A stretch of 64,000 bases of DNA from positions 35,712,001 to 35,776,000 of the forward strand of contig OX597823.1 of NCBI GenBank assembly GCA_951406725.2, given 5' to 3'. The notes below the pieces were generated by a model that did no database searches, was not told the DNA's origin, and saw nothing but the letters and a program-made list of their open reading frames with translations. The translations under genes were made by a program, and so were the position numbers. Origin of the DNA: Octopus vulgaris (taxonomy: Eukaryota). Below, one piece after another: positions 52,460 to 64,000 of the stretch; the first letter of the stretch is position 1; each line of letters begins with the position of its first letter.

Positions 52460-53300
52460 CGTCGAACAAACAGAAGTGGCGAAAAAAGCGAGTGTCTAGC
52501 GCTTCAAATAGCCAGTGCTCCGTGTAGGGATTACTCGTTAACCTCGGATCGCAAGCAACCTAGAAGGATCACTCTAAGTTCAAAACTAAGGGGGCAAAAC
52601 CTCTGCAGTCTTGGTGGGCTACCTTGATAGAGATGGTGACTCAATAAAAATACTGGCTGGTTGTACCTTAAAAACACACCTCATTTGTGAGTGAAAGTTC
52701 TCAACAAAATAGCTAACGATAACAATGTGAACGGAACTGGAACCCAAGATGAAGGTGCCGCATCCAGCAGGTCCCCTACGCTGCAGCAAGGTGGACCCTG
52801 TCGTAATCCATCCACTACTAGCCATGCTACAAGACATTAGAGGAGTAAACAAATAAACATGATGGTTATGTTGTGTCACTACCGGAGCAATGGATCTTTT
52901 TGAAATTGCTGAACAGAGATTATGTGACCAAGCAAGAGTAATATGGAAGAATGGATGCTTAACAGAACTGGATCTAGAAGTTATTAAAAGAAGGATATCA
53001 GGAGATGCTGGGAATATGAGAAACAAAAGTGGTGTAGTGGAAGATATGAACAATTCGCGAGAATATACTACCATGAATTGTGAAAGAATCGAGATCAGTG
53101 ACTGCCTAAACAATGAGAACTAAGGTTCGACCAATTGTCACTGGAGCCTTAAAAACGACAGGGAAGAGGCTCAAGGAGTGGACAGAAAAGTTTGGCTTTC
53201 AGAAGCATATAGAATACATGAAACTGGCTTGCTTGGTAGAAACAATGACGATCATTCGAAAGTCCTTGGATGGTTGGGATCATAGGTGTTGATTTGTTAT
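52460..53300 (+). mobile_element. Internally deleted R4/Dong-like relic (5' part joined to 3' tip)
   Basis: EQRLCDQARVIWKNGCLTELDLEVIKR followed by VRPIVTGALK. Confidence 0.6.
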
Positions 53301-54484
53301 CCAAAAATAAACCAGACTAAATTCCATTATAGAGGTGAGATATCAAAAGTGTTTGAAACAATAATAATAATGATTTCTAATAGTGAAAACATATTTGTGG
53401 GGGTGTACAATCTGTTAAATGGACTTCAGTATTTTACTAGCGCTTATTTGTTGCCGCCAGAAGAATAATAGACTTGATTTGAATTCAGACCATCAAGGAG
53501 TTGCAACTGAATATCGCACGATATTTTGACTACCATTCAAATATTTTATCCTCGCCAACCTATTACAATGGAAATTATTAAATAATTATATTTTCCTATA
53601 ACTAGTTTGACCTTTCATAAGTATTGTAATCACCTTTCTTTAGATGACATCATGCAATTTCTACCAGACTGGGATACCAGTATTCAATGTTTCCGTAATT
53701 TCTCTTCGTATCTGCTTTTATTGCATGTGAAGAATGGTAAATTTGTAAGGTCTCTCCAAAGGTTATGTCTGGTTCTTGGCACGAAATCATTTCAACAATT
53801 GGATTATTCTTATTCAATTTCTTAAGAATTGGATTCCCATAATATATAACCCACACTTTTGGCGTGCATTTTTCTTAATGGAATGCTTTCCAAATCATTT
53901 GCGTTTAAAGGACGCAACACAAAAGAATTCTGAAAGCTACCAAGTTGAGGTTAAATTGAAATTGTTTACAGTTAACATCTGACGCTTTTTCATTTGAAAG
54001 CTATCACAAATTTTGGAATAAAAATACTTTAGGCAAGGAACTAGAACCGAGAAATAACAGATCTAGAACTGCTACACAAATATAAAAAAAATAGCGTTTT
54101 GGTTATGAGAAAAGATAAAAACATTTTGGCGGTTGCTTTTTAGCATCAAGGCAATTCTGGTCAAGAAAATCTTTAATGACAAAAATTCTTGTCATGACTA
54201 CCACGTTTTTCTAAGACTCATGTCTTTATTTAATAGTGTAGACATGTAGGGAGATATTACTTATTTCTTGTAGAACAAGCCTCCAGTTAGACTCACTCAT
54301 TGGTACCACATTTTGTTGTGAGGCTGAGTAGGTCAAGCTAGCGAATCATTCCTAATGGTAATCTTCCTAATGGTGATATTCACAGTCACCTACATTCTTA
54401 CACACATACATATATATGCGTGTGCATGTAATGAATGTATGTTGCTAGATGTTTATTTTATATTTGCGTGTTTGGATCTGTCTG

Positions 54485-54555
<71 letters not shown>

Positions 54556-55634
54556 ATTTATAAAACTGATGGAACATTTATGGACAATGTGTTACTTAGA
54601 AATTAGAGTTGACATACCTTCTTATTGTGACAGCTGTAGTGTTTAGCGTGTGCCTTTGTCTCGCTCTAATTCAGTTTTGTGAGGGCAGAGGAGGTCAGGT
54701 TTTGTTGGACCTATGAGGTGTTTCAGTAACCGAATTAACAGGTATGAAAATGTAGTAAAATCATAGCTGGCAAAACTTTGATAAAGTCTGTTATATTGGA
54801 TTTTCTAGAATTGTAGTAATTCATTGCACAACCTTTTCATGCTCCAAGCAAAATACTAAGCTGCATCAACAAATACTAAAGCCACCAGAAGAAAACTTTT
54901 GAGTTATAAACGTATATTAGACTCGTTAAACTCTGGGGTAATAGAAAAATATTCACGGAAACATACTACAATGAAGATGAAACTCAGAACTATACACGTG
55001 TAGAATTGCGAAAGGAATAGCAGTAGGAACATTGCCTGGTTCAACCACTGGCAGATTTATAAGGAAAGTAAAACTCATAGAACTACAGTTGTGTGCCAAT
55101 AATAGAATAACGAAACGAATAGGGGTACAAACTGTACTTGTTTCAAATCAATTGTTAAACAGCGGTAGCTAAAATCTACTTCAAACTAACTAACAAGGGA
55201 ACATTTCGCACAACAAAAAAGAGACTATCAAAGGCAATCAAATTCTCTAATTCACCTACTCCAAACTTCAAACACTAGTTTCCTCTAATATTACTTTTAG
55301 AAAATTGGTGATTTAACACAGAGTAAGTGAAATCTGTACTGCTTGCTAAGCAATTGAAATCTGGTAGAGCAAATATTCTGGGTATGACAGTTACAGTTTT
55401 GTGTCCATGAATGTAGAAGGTAATTTTCGTATAACATATTTAGCCAGTATTTTTTGATATTGGTGTCTGTAGGACTGTAGATTAATGAGCGTATGTAACA
55501 GTGTTTTCCCGTGTGGAAAGTATTAGCATTTGCCGATATCTTTGTATGCACACATATAAGGGCAAGCTTATGCAGGTATATGTGTTTGTGTACAAATCGT
55601 GCGTACATATGCGAATCTGTACAGGTATATGTAT

Positions 55635-55682
<48 letters not shown>

Positions 55683-55817
55683 AGATGTGTGCATGTAATA
55701 CAGCATAAGACTGACAAGTTAACTAGGAAACCACGGATTTACTTACAACATTCTTAGCGTGTAAGCGTGCATGCTTCAGAACCTCGTTCTATTTGTGTTT
55801 AATAATACTTTCTTCTA

Positions 55818-56010
55818 AAGGCGGCGAGCTGGCGAAATGCTTAACGGTGTTTTGTCTGTCTTTACGTTCCAAGTTCAGATTCCGCCGAGTTCGACTTGGC
55901 CTTTCATCCTTTCGAGGTTGATAAATTAAGTACCAGTTGCGTACTGGGGTCGATCTAATCGACTGACCCCTTCCCCCAAAAATTTCGGGCCGTGTGCCTA
56001 GAGAAGAAAA
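55818..56010 (+). mobile_element. SINE family 3
   Basis: aaggcggcgagctggc...gcctttcatcctttcgagg...aagtaccagttgcgtactggggtcga. Confidence 0.85.
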
Positions 56011-56023
56011 GTATAATACTGTC

Positions 56024-56095
<72 letters not shown>

Positions 56096-56363
56096 TGTGC
56101 GTGTGTCAAAAGCTGACTCTAGCTAAGATAAAACTCAGCGGAAAAAGTCCCGCAAGAAATACTTACTGCTAGACACTGATAAGGTGAGAGCATACTTGCA
56201 TAATGTTTCTACAACTGTAATTGTTTTACCACTTTCATAAAATGCGAGTATGCTCTGTAAAACCATACCAATTCCCTCCTTATTATCAATATACGTGTGT
56301 GTGTGTATACACACACACACATAATTATATATATATATGCATGTATGTATATGTATATATATA

Positions 56364-56401
<38 letters not shown>

Positions 56402-56813
56402 TTGAATAATGTTACGACATGGTCTGGTTTTCACGATTTAAAAAAATTTCCACGTTGATGTGTGTTAAAAGTTAAAAAAAGATATTTAGTAATGTTCATA
56501 AAGTTCAGTTACCACTTTCATACGCTGTTTTTGTCCTGTTATTACTACTATTGTTTTTTGTAATTATATTCGTGTGGCATCGTCCGTTTTTCAGTCCTTG
56601 TTTCGTATACATTCGATCCTTTTTCCAAGAAATCTAATGCTCGTAGCTTAGTTTTTCCTTGGGGCTGGCCGGATCGGAGCGATCTCAAGATTAATCAGCC
56701 GAAATTGCGAGGATGATCCGGTTCTTGACTGAAGATTAAAGGCTTCGAATGTCCCGTCCCTGTTTTTTGTATCGTCTTCTAAATGTTTTACGTTCTTGTC
56801 CCAGTTTGTATTT

Positions 56814-56926
<113 letters not shown>

Positions 56927-56999
56927 CATACACATATATATATATAACAATACCTATTATTCAACTCATGCCACCACAAACACATAAAAATTAATATAC

Positions 57000-57430
57000 C
57001 TATGTAGTTCTATATAGGTGGCAGCTAACGTTTTATTATACGAAGGATAGCTAACCATGAAAAGTCTTTCAGTTATAGGGACAAAATAGTAACTAAATGT
57101 ATTCGATTGGCTGGGATATTATTAGTCAGGCTAAACCTTATAGCTTAGGGAGTAAAAGGTACTTACAGGAAATGTACCAAATCTTCTCTTCTAAAAGTCC
57201 ACAGAATAGACAGGGATTCCTCGGAGCAGAGACGCATCTCCTAGAAATTATATTGTATGGTTTTGCATGTCTAACTATGGACCAATTAATGTTGCACCTA
57301 CAATATAATTTCCAGGAGATACCGTCTCTGCTCCGAGGAATCCCTGTCTATTGTGTGAACTAACGAGAATTAATAGAATTTCTGAACGCCTATCGAGATG
57401 TCTACATGCATAGAAATGTACTTTTGCACA
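57000..57430 (+). pseudogene. Penelope-like GIY-YIG relic interrupted by a MITE
   Basis: RRIANHEKSFSY...WDIISQAKPYSLGSKR...QEMYQI | INRISERLSRCLH. Confidence 0.6.
57196..57361. mobile_element. Hairpin MITE (~166 bp, ~63-bp arms)
   Basis: aatagacagggattcctcggagcagagacg ... cgtctctgctccgaggaatccctgtctatt. Confidence 0.85.
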
Positions 57431-57751
57431 ATGAAGTGAGAATGAATTTTGAGTAACCGTTCACTTAATTTAAGGTATAGATGACTTAAGTCAACTTTTA
57501 ACCTCTCCATTCTTAAAAACATCAAGGAAATAGCTAACTCGCTTTGTGATCATGAGGGCACCAAACCTCGCGTGTGCATATGCCTACATTTTTGCTGATG
57601 CTTGTATGAGCGTGTGTATCGTGCCATACAATTTACCCGAGTGCGTTTATACATCCCTATCTGTTAATGGTTATTTTCAGTACTTTTCTCGCTTGATTAC
57701 ATGTTCGTTTCTCTTTCTGTCATCTGCAATTTTATTTTTGATCTATATAGA

Positions 57752-58122
57752 CATAGGAGTGGCTGTGTGATAAGTAGCTTGCTTATGAATCACATCGTTC
57801 CGGGTTCACTTGGGCAAGTGTCTTGTAATATAGCCTCGGGCAGACCAAAGCCTTGTGAGTGGATTTGGTAGACGGAAACTAAAACACGCCCGTCGTATAT
57901 ATGTATATATGTATGTGTGTGTATATGTTTATGTATCTGTTTGTCCCCCTAACATCGCTTAACAACTGATGCTGGTGTGTTAACGTCCCCGTAACTTAGC
58001 GGTTCGGTAAAAGAGACTGATAGAATAAGTACTAGGCTTACAAAGAAAAATGTCCTCGGGTCGATTTGCTCGACTAAAGGCGGTGCTCCAGCATGGCCAC
58101 AGTCAAATGACTGTAACAAGTA
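57752..58122 (+). mobile_element. SINE family 1
   Basis: Head and tail homologous to other copies. Confidence 0.9.
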
Positions 58123-58252
58123 AATTAGAGATAAAACCACTATTATGACATAAATCAAAACATAAATAACAAATAATATATATTTTTATAAAACATATAA
58201 CTAGATCTCAAAAAGTATAAAAATGAATGAACAATATATAATACGTAAAAAA

Positions 58253-58352
58253 AGCTACGTACATTTCATGGATACAATTAAATTCGAATTACAATTAAGT
58301 TTAAATTCAATTGAAATAAAATCGATTTAAAATTATAGTCAATCTTCAGGTT
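58253..58352 (-). ncRNA. Type-I hammerhead-like motif in a pLTR-like end (58123-58450)
   Basis: aac-CTGAAGA-ttga...tccat-GAAA-tgtac-GTA-gct; core intact, helices decayed. Confidence 0.5.
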
Positions 58353-58667
58353 AATGATAACTGTTAAATAAATAAGCAAATAGAGTTAAACAAAATTTAT
58401 CTAAAAAATAAATAAAATAAGTTTTCTTATAGAAAAACTCCATTAACTAAATTTGAAACTTAAAACATTAGGATTATTTCCTACAACACATTTATTATGT
58501 TAAATATTTAATTTTTAAGATAAAAAAATAGATAGAAATATGTATTTAGCTGTGAAGATATAATTTGGCTTAAAAAATATAATAAACTATCGAATATCTT
58601 TAACTCAGTTATACTCCAATATTTAATTACCAAATTATTTTACAAAATAATCACTATAGTAATCATT

Positions 58668-59605
58668 ATAGTAATCAGAGTTTCAAATGCCGGACCGAAG
58701 AGCTACGATGCGTTCTCATCTACTATTAATATCAATAGACGCTATGGAAAGCCGTTGAATAAAAGAGAAGTTACTCTGAAAGGTAGAAAAAAATATAAAC
58801 GATTAAAAAAATAAACGCAACCATATTCTCACAATACATAGACATAAAGTGTTGGTTGTTTTCTTCCTGAGTTTTCCTTCCACGAGGTTTTTACCACTAT
58901 CTTAAAGGCTGTCATTACTTTCGAGACAGTGCTTCTTGATACACTAAACATTTTGGCTGTTTTCGGTACGCTAGCGCCTGCCATACGAGCACCAACAGTT
59001 TTACCTCTTTGAAAGTCCGATGGATCTAACATTAAAATAAATTTTAATTACATTTTTCTGATGATATCTGAATACAAACAGTAATTTTAGCAACACTAAT
59101 AATAAATCAAAAACATAAAAATTAACAAGCTTTTGACGGTTTTATAGATATTTCAAAATTATGATGCTATGATGCTAGGTGTTTCCATTATTTTGTCTAA
59201 CTCCTGTATATATAATAATAAAAAAATGTTAAGACAGGAACATAGTAAAATTGCGGTTTGCATCCGTTTGTGTGTGTAACTGCATGTACATATATATGTC
59301 TGTGTGAGTGTGTACGTATGTAGACATTATGAACGCAGGAGGTTTTATGTCAATGTGAGGATATGGTTGCGTGTATTTTTTATCGTTTATCTTTCTTTTT
59401 CTACCCACTAGAGTAACTTCCCTTTTATTCAACTGTTTTTCATAGTGTCTATTGCCATTAATAGCCGACAAGTATGCATCGTAACTCTTCGGTCCGACAT
59501 TTGAAACACTGAGTACTATAATAACAACTTACTGATATATAAATAATCCTCTATTTACCTATATCGAGGTCTCATTCTTTTGTTATCACTTTTTATTTTT
59601 GCTCT
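58668..59605. repeat. Diverged inverted pLTR-like pair (58668-58835 and 59350-59520) with decayed hammerheads
   Basis: Arms are reverse complements; implied consensus atag-ctgatgag...gaaactctgagta-ctat; right tail cctctatttac.ta..tcgaggtctc matches the 33255-33320 end. Confidence 0.75.
58850..59208 (-). mobile_element. Tc1-like transposon 5' fragment (TIR and transposase HTH)
   Basis: TA|caggagttagacaaaataatggaaacacc; SDFQRGKTVGARMAGASVPKTAKMFSVSRSTVSKVMTAF...NSGRK. Confidence 0.85.
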
Positions 59606-59609
59606 ATGT

Positions 59610-59825
59610 ATATATATGTGTGTGTGTGTTTGTGTATGTGTTTATCCCCCACCATTGCTTGGCAACCGATGTTGGTGTGTTTACGTCCCCGTGACTAAGC
59701 GGTTCGGTAAAAGAAACCGACAGAATAAGTACTAGGCTTATAAAGAATAAGTCCTGGGGTCGATTTGTTCGACTAAACTCGATGCTCCAGTATGACCGCA
59801 GTCAAATGACTGACACGTGTAAAAG

Positions 59826-59826
<1 letters not shown>
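59610..59826 (+). mobile_element. SINE family 1, 3' half
   Basis: Homology to other copies. Confidence 0.85.
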
Positions 59827-59887
<61 letters not shown>

Positions 59888-59891
<4 letters not shown>

Positions 59892-60310
59892 CAAACTAAA
59901 GTTATTGAACAAACAAATGCAAGGTCTTCCGCATAGGAATTCATAATTCGAACATTTAATCATATAATATACATATAAACATCCCGCAAGATGGAACATA
60001 ATTCATCTGTACAAGCATACAAGCATATAATAATAATAAACTCTAAACTGTGATGAAAAAATTTTTTTTCTCGCACCTTATTATTATTATATGCTTGTAT
60101 AGATGAATTATGTTCCATCTTGCGGGATGTTTATATGTATATTCTATGATTAAATGTTCGAATTATGAAATGCTATAAGGATGACCTTGCATTTGTTTGT
60201 TCAATAACTTTAGTTTGATATTTTTGTCTCTTTCAATAGAGCACTTGTATAGCAGTCCTATTAATCTTTTTGTTCCTGACAAGAAACAATCACTGTATTA
60301 TTGATATTGA
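59888..60310. repeat. Fold-back element in (TA)n, arms 59888-60039 and 60078-60221
   Basis: atatcaaactaaagttattgaacaaacaaatgcaaggtc ... gaccttgcatttgtttgttcaataactttagtttgatat. Confidence 0.9.
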
Positions 60311-60604
60311 TATATATATATATATATATATAAAGACACAGAGAGAGAGAGAGAGAAAGAAAGAGAGAGAAATGCATGTATGTATGTATTATGTGTGGGG
60401 CGATAGACTGCATTTATTATGTCATGTTAAATCTGTTTCAGAACTGTAGTAAAGGGAGATAATACTCACCCACTTTTACGATAATTTAATACAGAATTCA
60501 ATTGATGGACCAAATAAAAATTCATCGTTGAAGCCAATGGAGTCACCACCATGATCATCATCATCAGCAGCAGCAGCGGCAATATATACGGGAATATATG
60601 AGTA

Positions 60605-60858
<254 letters not shown>

Positions 60859-60923
60859 AATATACACATAATTGTGTGTATGTATGTATACATATGGGTG
60901 AATGTTTTCTGTGTGTGTGTGTG

Positions 60924-60990
<67 letters not shown>

Positions 60991-60992
<2 letters not shown>

Positions 60993-63900
60993 TTTGATAC
61001 TTTGATACTTTGATAGGTTTCGGCCATTATTGGCCCAGGCCATGTCTAACTTAATAGCACCACCTGGTGAAGTCTTTCAAGTCAGAATTTGGGCACTATG
61101 GCCCACTCAAGTAGAGAGTTATTGTTTACAGAGACATATCCGGGTGTAGGGGGTTTATCCGGGATTTCTTGAAGGAATCTGTCCAAAGACTTCTTGAACC
61201 CTATAGGGTCAGTTTCTGTTTTAATGTGTTTTGGTGTAATGTTAAAGAGAGCGGGGCCAATTGAGGTGAAATAATTGTGCCGTATTGTTGTTATGAGGTG
61301 AGAGTGCGATTTTTGTTTTGGGCGGATGGCACGGGGCCCAAGCCTTGGATGTACCTTAAAGGTGATGCCAACATCATTTGGGCAATGCTGATGGAATATT
61401 TTCCACATCATGCAGATGATGTAGCGCTCACGACGACGTTGGAGAGAATAGAGTTTTAGCTTTTCTAGTCGACCCCAATAGTCGAGGCCTGTCATGCCAT
61501 CTATCTTTTTTGTGATTGCCCTTTGAGGTGCTTCAACTTTTATGATACCTTGTATTGTGTGGGGAGACCACAGTGGACAACAGTATTCAAGGTGGGGTCG
61601 GGCAAAAGTGGAGAAGAGAAGGATAATGGTGTGGATATCTCTCGACTGGAAAGTTCTGAGAATCCAGGAACACATTCTGCGGGCCATGTCAACTTTGGTG
61701 TTTATATGAGTGGCCCAGCTTACGTTGTTGTCCACAATTACTCCCAAGTCTCTGATGTTGTTGGACGCCGCGAGAGTTTCACCTGAAGGAAGGGAGTATG
61801 GGAGTTTCAGGGCATCCTCTTTTCCAAAGTGGATTAGCTCAAATTTATCCTCGTTCAGCAGCATATTGTTTTTTTTCTTTTTTGTTTTTTTCTGCCCATT
61901 GGATAACAGCCAGTAGATCTGACTGAAGGCATGTCCGGTCACTCGCCTCATTTATGACCTTCTGTAGCTTGGAGTCATCTGCAAAGATTTTTATGTTGCT
62001 GTGCTTGATGATGTCATTAATGTCATTAATGTAAATGATGAAAAGAAGTGGGCCCAGCACAGTGCCTTGCGGAACGCCACTACTGACTTTGGCTGGGCTT
62101 GATTTTACCCCTTCAACTACAACATGTTGAGATCTGTCTGTCAGGAAACACTTAATCCATTTCAGTAACTTTCCAGAGACACCAATGTTGGATAGTTTTT
62201 TCAATAGGATCTTGTGATCGACCCTGTCGAAGGCCTTACTGAAATCAAGGTAGATGACATCGGTGTTGGAGCCCTCTCCCAAAGCTCTCAAAATGTCCTC
62301 AAAGTGATGCAGGAGCTGCGTTAGGCAGTCTCTTCCATTACGGAACCCATGTTGGTTGGAGATCAGCCGTCTGTTGCTTTCCAGAAATTGGGTTATTCGA
62401 GATCTCACCACCCTCTCAAATACCTTGATGATATGAGAGGTGAGTGAGATCGGACGGTAATTCACTGCAAGGGACTTGTTTCCCTTTTTGAAAACTGGGA
62501 CAACAGACTGGGACAGAAGGTTTTTGGGAATATAGCCAGCATCCAGTGAGTTTCTCCACAGATTAGCAAGGGGAGATGCAAGTTGGTGTCGACACACCTT
62601 CAGGACACAAGCAGGGAACCTATCGGGGCCTACTGCTGAATTGTGTTTTATTTCGTTTATCGCCGCTAAGACATCAGGGGCACTAAACGTTATGTCCGAT
62701 ATAGTGTGTTGGGGGTTGACATCACTGATACAGCCCAGATCGGCCATATCAGGATTGCTGAAAACAGAGCAGTATTGTTTCTGCAGTATCTCGGCCATGG
62801 ATTTGGCATTATCTTGGAGAGTGCCAGTTTCGTCAATTAGAGGGCCTACAGTGGAGACAGTGACCCTGCGTTTCCTCGCAAATGAAAAGAACACTTTGGG
62901 GTTGAGTTTGATTTTTTCAATGGCCCACTTCTCCTCAGCTGATCTTTGGTTATTGATGAGGGACTTCATGCATTGTTGGAGGTTATATTTTTTGGATTCA
63001 AGCAGTGCGATAGCCGTCGAATGTGTGTGTTGCTGTTGGCAGTACTTTAGTTTGTTAATTTTTTTTGTTTGTTCTTTTTATTTTTCTGATAATGGTTTTT
63101 CTGTTTTGGGGGATTCTGCACTTTTTGTTCACAGGTCTTGGTGGGGAGTGTTTTGCACATATGTCTGTGACGGTGTCTACAAAGATCTGCCAAGATGTTT
63201 TATGGTTGGTGGAGATGTGTGTATGTGTAAAGGACCAGTCAACATTTGATAGCTCGTTCCTGATTGCATCCCAGTTGGCTTTATGGAGATCCATGTTGTC
63301 AAATGGGTGGGCTGGAGGAAGGTCACTAGGATTAGCTTTCGGCTGGTGGAATTTCAAGTTACAGAGAACCATGTCATGGTCTGAAAGAAGGGTTTTTTCC
63401 ACTGTAACGTTATGTATAGTGTTAGTGTGGTTACTAAACACTAGGTCCAAAATGTTCTGATGTCTTGTTGGTGCAAGGACAAGTTGGGACAAGAAAAACT
63501 CATTCGTAAAGTCGAAAAGTGACTCTGCTGCTTCTTTGTCAGCGGTTGAGGCGGGAGTGCTTGGTTTCAAACAGTTTGTAGTCCAGTCAACACAGGGTAG
63601 ATTGAAGTCTCCCATCATGAGTATGTTGCTAGAATGGCACTGTTGAATAAAGCACTTAATGCTGTTGAGGCATTCTTTAAAGCACAGTATGGGTGTTTGG
63701 GGCGGCCTATAGAGCCCAATTACTGTCAGGTCATTGGCTTTGTTGTGCACGGTGACTGATTCACAGTAGCCGTTGGAGAATATACTATTTCCATCTGCCG
63801 TAAATGAATCATGCAGGAAAATAGCAGTTCCACCCTTCCTCCTGCCGATACGATCCGCGCGGATGGTTGTGAAATTCTTCACTCTCACTTCGGCTTCCAA

Positions 63901-64000
63901 GTGGGAGTTGTCAAGGTGGGTCTCAGTGAGAATGAAGAAAGGGATGTGGTGTGAATGGTTACCAACCCAGTCTTCAATGAATTGGACCTTCCATTTTTGT
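60991..64000 (-). mobile_element. APE-endonuclease/RT LINE (CR1/L2-group), ORF2 nearly intact, runs off the window
   Basis: LTETHL, GLYRPP, MGDFNLP, ILDLVF, LSDHD (APE); NYRPISLT, QHGFR, YLDFSKAFD, GVPQGTVLGP, FADDSK (RT); RPHLEY; 3' tail (ATCAAAGT)3. Confidence 0.95.

Noticed and set aside
53600-53990. AG/GT-bounded candidate exons on either strand
   Set aside because: Frames contain stops or match nothing I recognise

Overview
AT-rich, microsatellite-dense eukaryotic intergenic or intronic DNA, most likely from an octopus (inferred from recognisable cephalopod tRNA-derived SINE families, not from a search). I cannot support any host protein-coding gene; most listed ORFs are microsatellite translations. 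The window is almost entirely mobile DNA: R4/Dong-type RLE non-LTR retrotransposon fragments in (TAA)n tracts, a nearly intact APE-RT LINE at the right edge, three SINE families, non-autonomous Helitrons, maT/Tc1/piggyBac/MITE DNA elements and many Penelope-like (PLE) relics. The most striking signal is about eight largely unrelated elements embedded in (TA)n tracts, each built as an inverted pair. Most carry type-I hammerhead-like motifs (CUGANGA...GAAA-palindrome-NUH), with the minus copy on the left and the plus copy on the right, so both 3' ends face outward. Several have ~475-bp non-coding, retrozyme-like tandem monomers, and inversion breakpoints cluster at the ribozyme. There is also a near-perfect 477-bp palindrome, a 76-bp hairpin, a local inverted SINE duplication, and a covarying stem-loop 3' tail shared by the LINE and the dominant SINE. 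Boundaries were read by eye and are approximate; ribozyme activity is untested and many cores are degenerate.
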